The notes beneath the pieces are model-generated. The model was given only the letters and a program-made list of their open reading frames with translations. It did no database searches and was not told the origin of the DNA. A stretch of DNA of 64,000 bases from Spirochaetia bacterium. Its GTDB lineage: Bacteria > Spirochaetota > Spirochaetia > WTKD01 > G963693115. The position numbers were made by a program, and so were the translations under genes. The DNA lies in NCBI GenBank assembly GCA_965226055.1, contig CBDDCA010000006.1:160001-224000 (forward strand). The letters run 5' to 3'. Each line of letters starts with the position of its first letter. Position 1 is the stretch's first letter. This document shows positions 52,347-63,226 of the stretch, piece after piece.

Positions 52347-53291
52347 ATGCCTAATGTTGTCATAGAAGTACAGCATGATAACAATCATATCTCTCATAGA
52401 CGTGGTTTTTTAGAAATTGCTCATAATCGTACTACTGTAAAAGCAGTTGCTTATGATGAGATTGCTGCTCTTATTATGAGTTCTCATGCATCTACTATTT
52501 CCAATAGGGTATTACAGACATTAGCAGAACAAGGGATTCCTGTTATTATAGCAGGGAAAAATTTTCAACCGCTTTCTATAGCATTACCGCTCATTGGCAA
52601 TCATGATATTAGTACTCGCTTACGATATCAAATACAGGCAAGTGAACCTCTAAAGAAACAGGTATGGGCAAATATTGTACGTCAAAAGATTAAGAATCAG
52701 GCCACTGCACTTGCATACTTACAGAAAGATGAAGTTGCTATAAAACAAATACAAAGGTTAGCAACAAAGGTACTCAGTGGCGATACCACAAATATAGAGG
52801 CACAAGCTGCGAGAAAGTATTTTTCTGTATTATTTGGCAAAGAGTTTAAGCGAGATAGAAACTTGAATGATATTAATGGCATGCTTAATTATGGGTATAT
52901 GGTAATACGCAGTGCCGTAGCACGTGCTATCACAGGCTGTGGATTGCATCCAAGCTTAGGAATACACCATAAATCATGGACTGATACGATGCAGTTAGCA
53001 GATGATTTTATAGAGCCTTTTAGACCTATTATTGATGTATTGGTGGCATTGCTGATAAAAAAACATCATATAAAAGAGGTCACTCCTCAAGTGAAACGGG
53101 TACTATGTGCAAGCATAGATCTCCCAGTACAAGCCCCTCGAGGTGTTACTACAATTACTAAAAGCATACAGTATTTTTTACAATCTTTTGCTACAATACT
53201 GACACATAAAGGGGGTAGCCTTTTTAAGACAACATTTCCTTTACTAAAAGATATACAAAAATATGCCATACAGCAGTATACAGAGAAGTAG
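52347..53291 (+). CDS. cas1: type II CRISPR-associated endonuclease Cas1
   Basis: GD..N.EAQAAR.YF, N..LNYGY..IRS, LG.HH, LADDF.EPFRP; ATG 52347 chosen. Confidence 0.95.
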   Translation: MPNVVIEVQHDNNHISHRRGFLEIAHNRTTVKAVAYDEIAALIMSSHASTISNRVLQTLAEQGIPVIIAGKNFQPLSIALPLIGNHDISTRLRYQIQASEPLKKQVWANIVRQKIKNQATALAYLQKDEVAIKQIQRLATKVLSGDTTNIEAQAARKYFSVLFGKEFKRDRNLNDINGMLNYGYMVIRSAVARAITGCGLHPSLGIHHKSWTDTMQLADDFIEPFRPIIDVLVALLIKKHHIKEVTPQVKRVLCASIDLPVQAPRGVTTITKSIQYFLQSFATILTHKGGSLFKTTFPLLKDIQKYAIQQYTEK

Positions 53292-53292
53292 T

Positions 53293-53619
53293 ATGCACAG
53301 CAAATATAAGATTATGTGGATCTATGTAATGTTTGATTTACCAGTTATTACCAAAAAGGAAAAAAAAGAGGCTGCTCAGTTTAAGAATGCCTTACTTGAT
53401 TTAAGTTTTGAAATGGTGCAGTACTCAGTATATACACGCATATGTGGAAGTACAAGAAAAGTAGAAGTCGTGAGTAAGAAAATAGAGCATATATTTCCTC
53501 ATCAGGGGAAAGTAGATATTTTAGCAATAACAGATAAACAACATTCTGATATTATCTGTTTACGAGGAGAGGATAAAGAACCTCTACCACAAAAAAATCA
53601 GCAATTTTTACTATTTTAA
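53293..53619 (+). CDS. cas2: CRISPR-associated endonuclease Cas2
   Basis: MW..VMFDLPV, F.M.QYSVY.R, ITDKQ, QxLLF C-terminus typical of type II. Confidence 0.95.
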   Translation: MHSKYKIMWIYVMFDLPVITKKEKKEAAQFKNALLDLSFEMVQYSVYTRICGSTRKVEVVSKKIEHIFPHQGKVDILAITDKQHSDIICLRGEDKEPLPQKNQQFLLF

Positions 53620-53644
53620 GTGATTTTGTATTTTTGCTTTCTTT

Positions 53645-53684
53645 AAAAAAAGCCCCAAATTCCTATACAATAAGAATTTGGGGG
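53645..53684 (-). terminator. intrinsic terminator for minus-strand array transcripts
   Basis: stem ccccaaattc / gaatttgggg followed by a T7 run on the minus strand. Confidence 0.7.
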
Positions 53685-53689
53685 AAGAT

Positions 53690-56600
53690 ATTATATCATA
53701 TAAAGAATTTCAGCCCATCCACAACTGAATTATCATTTTCAAAAACTGTTTTTAAATTATATCATATAAAGAATTTCAGCCCATCCACAACAGCCAATGA
53801 TTACAGATAATAAAAGAAAAGATTATATCATATAAAGAATTTCAGCCCATCCACAACTAGAAGATACTAGTATTTCTTGTAGAAAATTATTATATCATAT
53901 AAAGAATTTCAGCCCATCCACAACTAAATCAACTCTAAATCATATACTCTATTAATTATATCATATAAAGAATTTCAGCCCATCCACAACAAAAGAAATA
54001 TTAAAAAAAAAACATAAAAAATTATATCATATAAAGAATTTCAGCCCATCCACAACAAAAATTTTACTAAAAGAAGTCATTGTAGGATTATATCATATAA
54101 AGAATTTCAGCCCATCCACAACAACCCATATGAACGGCTAGGAATTATACGCATTATATCATATAAAGAATTTCAGCCCATCCACAACCACTTTGGAGTC
54201 TCACCATCAGACGCACGAATTATATCATATAAAGAATTTCAGCCCATCCACAACAAATATGAAGTTTCATTGCAATACATAGAAATTATATCATATAAAG
54301 AATTTCAGCCCATCCACAACTGGCGACGATTACTTAGATGAAAAAGTCTATTATATCATATAAAGAATTTCAGCCCATCCACAACAATGATGGATTATAA
54401 ATATAGCATTGAAATTATATCATATAAAGAATTTCAGCCCATCCACAACCCCGAGAGTGTTCTTGTTAATAGCACGATGATTATATCATATAAAGAATTT
54501 CAGCCCATCCACAACAAAAAGCTAGTTCTTTTATTTCAGCGTTCGATTATATCATATAAAGAATTTCAGCCCATCCACAACATGGTTTCGAGCCTATAAC
54601 ATGATATACAAATTATATCATATAAAGAATTTCAGCCCATCCACAACACTTGCAGCAACGCAACGCGAAGTTAGACGATTATATCATATAAAGAATTTCA
54701 GCCCATCCACAACGATACGAAGATCAGACATACGAGGATGCACATTATATCATATAAAGAATTTCAGCCCATCCACAACTAACTAGTCCAGATCAAGTTA
54801 ATTTATCTAATTATATCATATAAAGAATTTCAGCCCATCCACAACTATAATGTGCATGGCATCGATCATGCCAGAATTATATCATATAAAGAATTTCAGC
54901 CCATCCACAACTGCCTCAAGTAGCAAACCCCGAAGGAGTGTATTATATCATATAAAGAATTTCAGCCCATCCACAACGAAGTAATCTTTATGCCAGTTAC
55001 GACGGAGATTATATCATATAAAGAATTTCAGCCCATCCACAACGTATAAAAGCAGCATTTAATAATCAATTTAATTATATCATATAAAGAATTTCAGCCC
55101 ATCCACAACTATAAGGCTAGTTGGTGACAGATTTAGGATATTATATCATATAAAGAATTTCAGCCCATCCACAACTACCAGGTATAGAAGGAAAATAATA
55201 TGGTCATTATATCATATAAAGAATTTCAGCCCATCCACAACAAAAGGCACAAGTGCCACAGTACTGAGCGAATTATATCATATAAAGAATTTCAGCCCAT
55301 CCACAACAAGAAAGCGTTCATTGTGTACTCTTCCGATATTATATCATATAAAGAATTTCAGCCCATCCACAACTATTCCCATTTATCGCCTTTTTTTACA
55401 ATCATTATATCATATAAAGAATTTCAGCCCATCCACAACTAAAAACGCGGGAGTTAACCCGTTAATGTTATTATATCATATAAAGAATTTCAGCCCATCC
55501 ACAACCTCCCGGCTTATGGCATACCACAATTATAATTATATCATATAAAGAATTTCAGCCCATCCACAACGACAGCAACAACAGACCGCCTACCTGTGAA
55601 TTATATCATATAAAGAATTTCAGCCCATCCACAACGTGCTTGACACATCAGATGAAGTGGAAGTAATTATATCATATAAAGAATTTCAGCCCATCCACAA
55701 CGTCAGCCGACAGCAATTACATCGGTAAATAATTATATCATATAAAGAATTTCAGCCCATCCACAACATATTTGATCAGTGGACACAATTTATTACAATT
55801 ATATCATATAAAGAATTTCAGCCCATCCACAACAAGGATAGACACATGTACGAAATGGAGCAAATTATATCATATAAAGAATTTCAGCCCATCCACAACT
55901 AGTAAGAACTCAGCCACTCGTAAAGCCAGATTATATCATATAAAGAATTTCAGCCCATCCACAACGAAAAAGTGCCAACTGATAAAGCATTAGATATTAT
56001 ATCATATAAAGAATTTCAGCCCATCCACAACGATCGCGGTTGGCTTAGAAAAACTAAAGAAATTATATCATATAAAGAATTTCAGCCCATCCACAACATA
56101 ACGAAAAGTTAGTTACAAAGAGATACGATTATATCATATAAAGAATTTCAGCCCATCCACAACAGAGTATATCGATTGCGATCATTCGGATCTATTATAT
56201 CATATAAAGAATTTCAGCCCATCCACAACTACAAAAGCAGATATTCAAGCGAGAAGACAATTATATCATATAAAGAATTTCAGCCCATCCACAACTGCGA
56301 TAGGGGAAGACCATACATCGTACGTATTATATCATATAAAGAATTTCAGCCCATCCACAACCATGATGGCAGGGGCTTTTGGCTTTGAGGGATTATATCA
56401 TATAAAGAATTTCAGCCCATCCACAACTACAAGATAGGCTAACGCTTTCTCTGTTTTATTATATCATATAAAGAATTTCAGCCCATCCACAACACAGGAG
56501 TTATTAAAGAGGCAGATCGCATTATTATATCATATAAAGAATTTCAGCCCATCCACAACAATTTTTGGCATATGGCGCGCACATTCAACATTATATCATA

Positions 56601-58735
56601 TAAAGAATTTCAGCCCATCCACAACACGTTATATCGAATACCTCAATGCCTCTTTATTATATCATATAAAGAATTTCAGCCCATCCACAACAACATTCCA
56701 ACCGCAGACAAACGAGCAGTAATTATATCATATAAAGAATTTCAGCCCATCCACAACTGGATAGCTGAAGTCCATATATGATATACTATTATATCATATA
56801 AAGAATTTCAGCCCATCCACAACATGTGGTTTCAGGGTAAGAAAATCAATCCAATTATATCATATAAAGAATTTCAGCCCATCCACAACACAACATGCAA
56901 AATTTGTACAAGCCCTAGCATTATATCATATAAAGAATTTCAGCCCATCCACAACATCTGAACAGCCAGTTATGAAGTCAGAACTATTATATCATATAAA
57001 GAATTTCAGCCCATCCACAACATTTTTGAGCAGTGGACGCAATTCATTACAATTATATCATATAAAGAATTTCAGCCCATCCACAACTATAGTTTGCAAC
57101 GGAAAGCAAGTACTAGAATTATATCATATAAAGAATTTCAGCCCATCCACAACCGTATCGGTATCTCTGTAGAAGTCATTAAAATTATATCATATAAAGA
57201 ATTTCAGCCCATCCACAACTAACATTGATTACGCACAGAAAAATTACATATTATATCATATAAAGAATTTCAGCCCATCCACAACAAGCTGTCCAATTTC
57301 TTCGTCAAACATGCCATTATATCATATAAAGAATTTCAGCCCATCCACAACCAAATTCTGAAGATTCTACAGGACTTCAGAATTATATCATATAAAGAAT
57401 TTCAGCCCATCCACAACCTAAGTTCATTATTTTTTATTGAATCATTTATTATATCATATAAAGAATTTCAGCCCATCCACAACAACTCATAGGAGAGGGC
57501 GATAATATTACAGATTATATCATATAAAGAATTTCAGCCCATCCACAACATTGGGACAAACCCATACCAGATATAAATATTATATCATATAAAGAATTTC
57601 AGCCCATCCACAACAAAGACATATTGTGGAATTATTTCGGCTTGATTATATCATATAAAGAATTTCAGCCCATCCACAACATGCCACAGGTGGCAAACCC
57701 TGAAGGAGTTATTATATCATATAAAGAATTTCAGCCCATCCACAACATTTTTTGTTTCGATATTATAGCTCCGTAAATTATATCATATAAAGAATTTCAG
57801 CCCATCCACAACCTGCTTACGGAGTACCAAAGTTATAGGAGTATTATATCATATAAAGAATTTCAGCCCATCCACAACCGCCTAATGTTTTCCCATATTT
57901 TATGGGTTATTATATCATATAAAGAATTTCAGCCCATCCACAACATTAAAAGTTATTTTATTATCTTGTATAGTATTATATCATATAAAGAATTTCAGCC
58001 CATCCACAACATAGTCCATGTAGGCAACAAAGTCAGAGCAATTATATCATATAAAGAATTTCAGCCCATCCACAACAGAGGCAATGGCAGACATATAAAA
58101 AGAGAATTATATCATATAAAGAATTTCAGCCCATCCACAACTAATATTTATTATTTTATTAAAGTCAGTGAATTATATCATATAAAGAATTTCAGCCCAT
58201 CCACAACATCACATGCAAAGTTTGTCCAAGCCCTCGCATTATATCATATAAAGAATTTCAGCCCATCCACAACTGGTTGGTTTCGCAAAACCAAGGAAGA
58301 TTAATTATATCATATAAAGAATTTCAGCCCATCCACAACAGGTATGCTTATACCTGTTGGAATCTGGGAATTATATCATATAAAGAATTTCAGCCCATCC
58401 ACAACTATAATCTTATTTATCATTGGAGCAATCCGATTATATCATATAAAGAATTTCAGCCCATCCACAACCAGCTTTCATACACACATACTTTGTACCT
58501 TATTATATCATATAAAGAATTTCAGCCCATCCACAACTAATACTAAACTTATTTGCTGCAAAGTCGTATTATATCATATAAAGAATTTCAGCCCATCCAC
58601 AACTACCATGTAATAGGTGTCGATTTTGCAGAAATTATATCATATAAAGAATTTCAGCCCATCCATAACTTAATGACTGCCAGAAATGACGAGATCGCAA
58701 TTATATCATATAAAGAATTTCAATCTATCCACAAC
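53690..58735 (-). CRISPR. type II-C CRISPR array, 77 repeats of 36 bp and 76 spacers of about 30 bp
   Basis: Repeat ATTATATCATATAAAGAATTTCAGCCCATCCACAAC (+), counted by eye; last two repeats near cas9 are degenerate; crRNA sense is the minus strand (tracr complementarity, TGATATAAT at repeat 3' end, terminator). Confidence 0.97.
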
Positions 58736-58740
58736 GACAA

Positions 58741-61700
58741 TTACTTTTTTGCAAAGGAAATTATGCCAGTAGGACTCATATGTACTTTTTGTAATTTATA
58801 CCCCTGTAATTTAGCGAGAGAAGTATATCGTTCCCTTACTCTTACTTTTTGATCATCTTTTTTTTCTTCTTTTATTTCTTTTGCACGTGCAGCATCATTG
58901 GCTTCATGCAACTCTGCAAGATCCAGATCTATACTCCCTGACATCTTACACACTCGATATAGCTTTCCTTCGGGAGCATGAGGAGGGTAGAGCATGACAG
59001 TATCATTATTGTGTAAGCGCATAAGCATTTTTTGAGTAGGGTATTTCTTTTTCCACTGAGGCACATAGTTTTTTTTATTTGCATGATATCTCGTTATCAT
59101 TTCTCCTTGCCATTTTCCTTCTTCATCTTCGTATATTTCATATGCCCAGTTTCCTGCTGAAATATACCCTTTATATGCTTTTCCTTGTTTGTCTTTTTGA
59201 ATGCCTATTACTGTCTCTTTTGTAATGATTTTTACTTTTCTTATCCCAGTTTCTTGAAAGCATTGCTCTAGGGCTTCTTTTATATTTCCATTATGCCTAT
59301 TACAATAATCTTGTAGCAATTTTCTTGTTTTAGGGCTTGCTATTTTCTTAATCATTGGTACAGTTAAATCCAAAATATTCTTGTGAATTCCCACATACCG
59401 AGCTTTCTTTGTATCCTGTGTACTCGTATCAGATCCTGGTACGCGGAAGCTATAGGCTTGCTCCTCAAGTAACTGCCCTGTCTTTCCTCTGTCACTTTTA
59501 TGTGATACTATTATTTTCTGCATACTCCGTTCAACATCTTCACGAAATCCTTCCCATGGAGCAGGAATAGCCTCTCTATGCTTTTGACTAAACAAATGTA
59601 TATCTGCATATTCTGCAGCACTTGCCCATTGCGATACTTTATTCAGTATTCCTCTCTCAATACATCCTACCACAACAGCATCCACTGCATGATGTCTATG
59701 ATCGTCTCTATTCTTTTTGCCATCATCCCCTAGCACTTTATTTAGTCCCCACATATGTCGTAACCAAGCACTGAGTTTTCCTGGTGAAACCCATATATCC
59801 ACAGGATGAGATTTTTCTTTCAAGCTCTCAAGATAATATTGAGCTACCTTTGCAAAATACTGAGATGAATGTAATTGATGTGCTAAAAATCCTTCTTCTT
59901 GTTCAAAACGTTTCATAGCATCACTTTTAAAACGCCAGCTTTTATTAGAAGGAAGCAGATTTGCATTGTTGTCTATGCTTTTCCATTTGTTAGTAGTTCC
60001 CCATGCTTCATGGGGAGTTTTGTTCATCTTTTCCTTATTTGCTCCTGATTTACAGAGTACTTTATTAGCAAAGCTATTATCAAGGGTACGAGAAAAAGGC
60101 AAAATATGATCGATATGCGTAGCATGAGAAAATACATCATCTTTTGTTATCTTCTCATTTGAATAAGGGCAACGTCTATCATTAGGATTATCTGATAATT
60201 CTTTCCATAATCTATATTTTTCTCTATCACTACGAGAAGGAGATACTATGCCATAGTCATCTTCTAATTCTTTGTTTATTTTTTCATTTTTCGCTTGGTT
60301 ATCTCTTAGTTTTTTATCATAATCACTTTTGGTTTGTTTTCCCATAGAAAAATCACGCAATAATTCTAGCACTATTTGTTGGGGCTTGTCATATCTGCGT
60401 ATAAGCTCATTTACTACTTTTTGTAGCTGATTAAGTCCTACATGTACGGTTGGATTTGTTATCTTACCATATTGAGCTTCCTGTCTTTTTCGTCCTTTTA
60501 TTTTCTCATCAATGTCTTTTGCTTCTTTCTTGCCTATGCAGTATCGAGAGAGTATTTCCCCATAGTATGGCAACACACTATATCCCTTAGCACGTGTTCC
60601 TCGATGATCTCCGTAGCCAGCTTGCTTTACTGCCTCATCATAGGTGATAATATCTTTTTGTAGACACGCTACTATCTTGGTGAGTGCTGTCTTTGATAAG
60701 TTACAGTACCCTTTTGGCAACTTCACAATCTTAGATATGCATTCATCTGCTGTTTCTTTGTCAAGATTCCACTCACTAACACACAATACTTCTCGTAATT
60801 TTTCATCCGAATTTTCAGTATCTAAAAGGAGTGCTATAAAATTATTTTTTCTCTCCATATCCCAGTCTTGCCATATTTTTTTCCCTATAATTTTTGATAC
60901 CACTGCAGTAGTTCCATTATGCTTAAAATTTTTAGTGTCTACTCGTTCAAAATTGATAGATACTGTCCCTTCTAAATGATACTCTTTCTTTATATAGGTA
61001 GAAACATCCTTTGGCTTAGCACTGCTTGATTTATTCTCCAGATAGTTTTTTAGCTTATCTCGTAATAGTATATCTACAGGAAACTCTTCTCTATTATGAA
61101 ATATGCGTATATTGTGTATATCTTGTAGTATTCTAAATTCTTGTGCAATAGGCATTGCCCATGCACAACGATGCTCATCTTCAAAAATACACAGGCCTGG
61201 TGTTTGAGGCTTTAGTTTACGCTGATAAAATATTACCTCTTTTATTTTCTCGTATGCTTCATTGGAGAACAACTGGTGGGTATGAGATAGCTCCTTTTGT
61301 TGCTTCCATATCGTATCAAATTCTTTCTCATACATCTCACGTGAAAAATACAGCTCATAGTCAGTTTTTCCGGGAGTTAGCGATTTTGCCCTCACTGCCT
61401 TTTTCTGCTTAAAGCGACTGTAGAGATATTCCCCTAATGTTCGCATATTATTTTTATGCAGCTCTTTTTCTAACTCTTTTATGACAGGCTTGATTTTCCC
61501 TGTTTCATCATCTCCATCAGATAGTCTATTACTCTTAAAGCCTCTCCGCTGATTTATATGAAATATCGCTCGCCCAAATTCATGTGCAGAAATAGCTTCA
61601 TCCAATGCCTTTGCTCGTAGCTCATAGGGGTTTTTCTGCTGTAGTGCAAGACGCTCCTCCTTATCTGCAGGGAAAAACCCAAAATGAGTGAGCTGAGAGA

Positions 61701-61920
61701 GAATATGCTCCCGTCTTTGTAAGTATCTGTCTCTCCGTCTTCTTGCTGAACGGGCAGTTTGCCGTTCCTGATTGAGTGGTGCATAGGTCTTATCTGCTCT
61801 GCTATTTGAAAAAATACGCACTCCTGTGCCTTTTAGAGCAACTGGCGATCCTTCTTGTACTTCAAGGACTGCCCATCCTATCGAATTAGTGCCTAGATCA
61901 AAACTAAAACGAATACTCAT
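58741..61920 (-). CDS. cas9: type II-C CRISPR effector Cas9 (about 1059 aa)
   Basis: RuvC-I FDLGTNSIGWA, Arg-rich bridge helix, HNH IDHILPFS...N...NKVL, RuvC-III HHAVDA; ATG 61920 with GGAGG RBS; no csn2 or cas4. Confidence 0.97.
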   Translation of the reverse strand: MSIRFSFDLGTNSIGWAVLEVQEGSPVALKGTGVRIFSNSRADKTYAPLNQERQTARSARRRRDRYLQRREHILSQLTHFGFFPADKEERLALQQKNPYELRAKALDEAISAHEFGRAIFHINQRRGFKSNRLSDGDDETGKIKPVIKELEKELHKNNMRTLGEYLYSRFKQKKAVRAKSLTPGKTDYELYFSREMYEKEFDTIWKQQKELSHTHQLFSNEAYEKIKEVIFYQRKLKPQTPGLCIFEDEHRCAWAMPIAQEFRILQDIHNIRIFHNREEFPVDILLRDKLKNYLENKSSSAKPKDVSTYIKKEYHLEGTVSINFERVDTKNFKHNGTTAVVSKIIGKKIWQDWDMERKNNFIALLLDTENSDEKLREVLCVSEWNLDKETADECISKIVKLPKGYCNLSKTALTKIVACLQKDIITYDEAVKQAGYGDHRGTRAKGYSVLPYYGEILSRYCIGKKEAKDIDEKIKGRKRQEAQYGKITNPTVHVGLNQLQKVVNELIRRYDKPQQIVLELLRDFSMGKQTKSDYDKKLRDNQAKNEKINKELEDDYGIVSPSRSDREKYRLWKELSDNPNDRRCPYSNEKITKDDVFSHATHIDHILPFSRTLDNSFANKVLCKSGANKEKMNKTPHEAWGTTNKWKSIDNNANLLPSNKSWRFKSDAMKRFEQEEGFLAHQLHSSQYFAKVAQYYLESLKEKSHPVDIWVSPGKLSAWLRHMWGLNKVLGDDGKKNRDDHRHHAVDAVVVGCIERGILNKVSQWASAAEYADIHLFSQKHREAIPAPWEGFREDVERSMQKIIVSHKSDRGKTGQLLEEQAYSFRVPGSDTSTQDTKKARYVGIHKNILDLTVPMIKKIASPKTRKLLQDYCNRHNGNIKEALEQCFQETGIRKVKIITKETVIGIQKDKQGKAYKGYISAGNWAYEIYEDEEGKWQGEMITRYHANKKNYVPQWKKKYPTQKMLMRLHNNDTVMLYPPHAPEGKLYRVCKMSGSIDLDLAELHEANDAARAKEIKEEKKDDQKVRVRERYTSLAKLQGYKLQKVHMSPTGIISFAKK

Positions 61921-61937
61921 AAATACCTCCAATGGAC

Positions 61938-61966
61938 TTGACATATATGTATATATCCTATATTAT
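61938..61966 (+). promoter_or_regulatory. sigma70 promoter for tracrRNA
   Basis: TTGACA-17 bp-TATTAT immediately upstream of the anti-repeat. Confidence 0.65.
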
Positions 61967-61987
61967 TTAAGTATAGGATTTAATTCT

Positions 61988-62082
61988 ATTATATCATATA
62001 AAGGATTTCAGCAAAAAATCCATTAACAAGTGCCTTCGGGTGCACTAATCAGCCCATCACTTCGGTGATGGGTTTTGTTTTT
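61988..62082 (+). ncRNA. tracrRNA
   Basis: anti-repeat ATTATATCATATAAAGGATTTCAGC (24/25 to the repeat), lower stem ATCCATTAAC, hairpin gtgc-ttcg-gcac, terminator cccatcac-ttcg-gtgatggg plus T-run. Confidence 0.9.
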
Positions 62083-63054
62083 CTAAGAGGAAGTGTTGTT
62101 TTTCATCTTTGCGATATGCTTTTGCATCTTTTCCTTTGAGAAGATCTCATCATATACAGAATGATAAATTTTTCCATTTTTATATGCATTTGATACATCT
62201 CCTATAAAAGAACTAAAGTCTTCATTCTTTAAACATAACTTATTCATTGTTTCCCAATCAAGACGATCCTTATTTCTTGCAGGAAACAATACTCTCGAAG
62301 CATCAATGTCTTCTATGCTAAGCTCTATTATGCCTATGCCAAAAAAATTACTTAAGCGTGATAATTCTCCATGCACATCTTCATCTTTTTTTATATTAGA
62401 GGCCACTAGATAGCCCTCATGAGCCCACGATGAATTAGAGAGAGCTTGAAAAAAACTTTCCCTATAATTACTTCTATCTATCTTTATTTTTAATTCAAAA
62501 GAGAATAACTGAAGAGCATTCATATCAGATAATGTATTAAACTCAAGTATAGTCTTATCCCAATATTCCAAAGGTAAATAAAAACCTACTATATCGGGGT
62601 GTAACCATTCACCTGGATCATTCTTTTTCGATTTCTCATGGAATATTGTTTTCGTATATACCTTTTTTCTTCTGTTAAATTTTTTATTGTTATAGACGAA
62701 ATAAGATAATAATGGGTGCAAATCACGTTCTGAATATGATGAAACACTACTACTCTCTTGCTTAGGAGTGGTATCTACACTGTTTATAGGCAATTCTTCA
62801 TCTGCGAATTTAAGCTCATGTTTCCTTGATTTTAGAAAAAATTTCTGAGGATTTTTTCCTATTGAAAAAAATTTTGAAGATGAAATCTTTACATTTGTAT
62901 ATAAATGTGCCCCTAACGTCGCATAAGGAGTTTTTCCTTCACTTGTAAGCTCCTTGTTTAATCCTAAATCTACTCCTTTGTCCCAAATTTCTTGACTACT
63001 CAGAGGAGCATTAGCTCCCTTCAGTACCTCTTCTGCAAAATCTAAATATGTCAT
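62083..63054 (-). CDS. HARE-HTH + restriction-endonuclease-like protein (HrgA/COG2958 family)
   Basis: N-terminal GKTP.ATLGA HTH; ERDLHPLL, WLHPDIVG, SFELK, FQA.SNSSWA.EGYLV. Confidence 0.8.
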   Translation of the reverse strand: MTYLDFAEEVLKGANAPLSSQEIWDKGVDLGLNKELTSEGKTPYATLGAHLYTNVKISSSKFFSIGKNPQKFFLKSRKHELKFADEELPINSVDTTPKQESSSVSSYSERDLHPLLSYFVYNNKKFNRRKKVYTKTIFHEKSKKNDPGEWLHPDIVGFYLPLEYWDKTILEFNTLSDMNALQLFSFELKIKIDRSNYRESFFQALSNSSWAHEGYLVASNIKKDEDVHGELSRLSNFFGIGIIELSIEDIDASRVLFPARNKDRLDWETMNKLCLKNEDFSSFIGDVSNAYKNGKIYHSVYDEIFSKEKMQKHIAKMKNNTSS

Positions 63055-63124
63055 TTATATACCACCTGTAGTAACAGTATACTATATCTTTTAGAATAGC
63101 GTTACTCTCAAGCTATTTTTACGT

Positions 63125-63226
63125 GTTACATAGCATGTTCCATGTACCTTGTGCTATAAGACTATCCCCACCTCAAAAGCAACAGCCCCTGTTACATAGC
63201 ATGTTCCATGTACCTTGTGCTATAAG
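63125..63226 (+). repeat. 36-bp direct repeat around a 30-bp insert (ectopic spacer-integration footprint)
   Basis: GTTACATAGCATGTTCCATGTACCTTGTGCTATAAG at 63125-63160 and 63191-63226; the insert is the reverse complement of 4826-4855. Confidence 0.9.

Noticed and set aside
56362-56391. Spacer 41 resembles 4817-4846 (possible self-target)
   Set aside because: Only 18/30 ungapped matches, with mismatches concentrated at the predicted PAM-proximal end; likely chance
54387-58852. ORFs with IISYKEFQPIHN / LYHIKNFSPSTT repeats
   Set aside because: Translations of the CRISPR repeat, not genes
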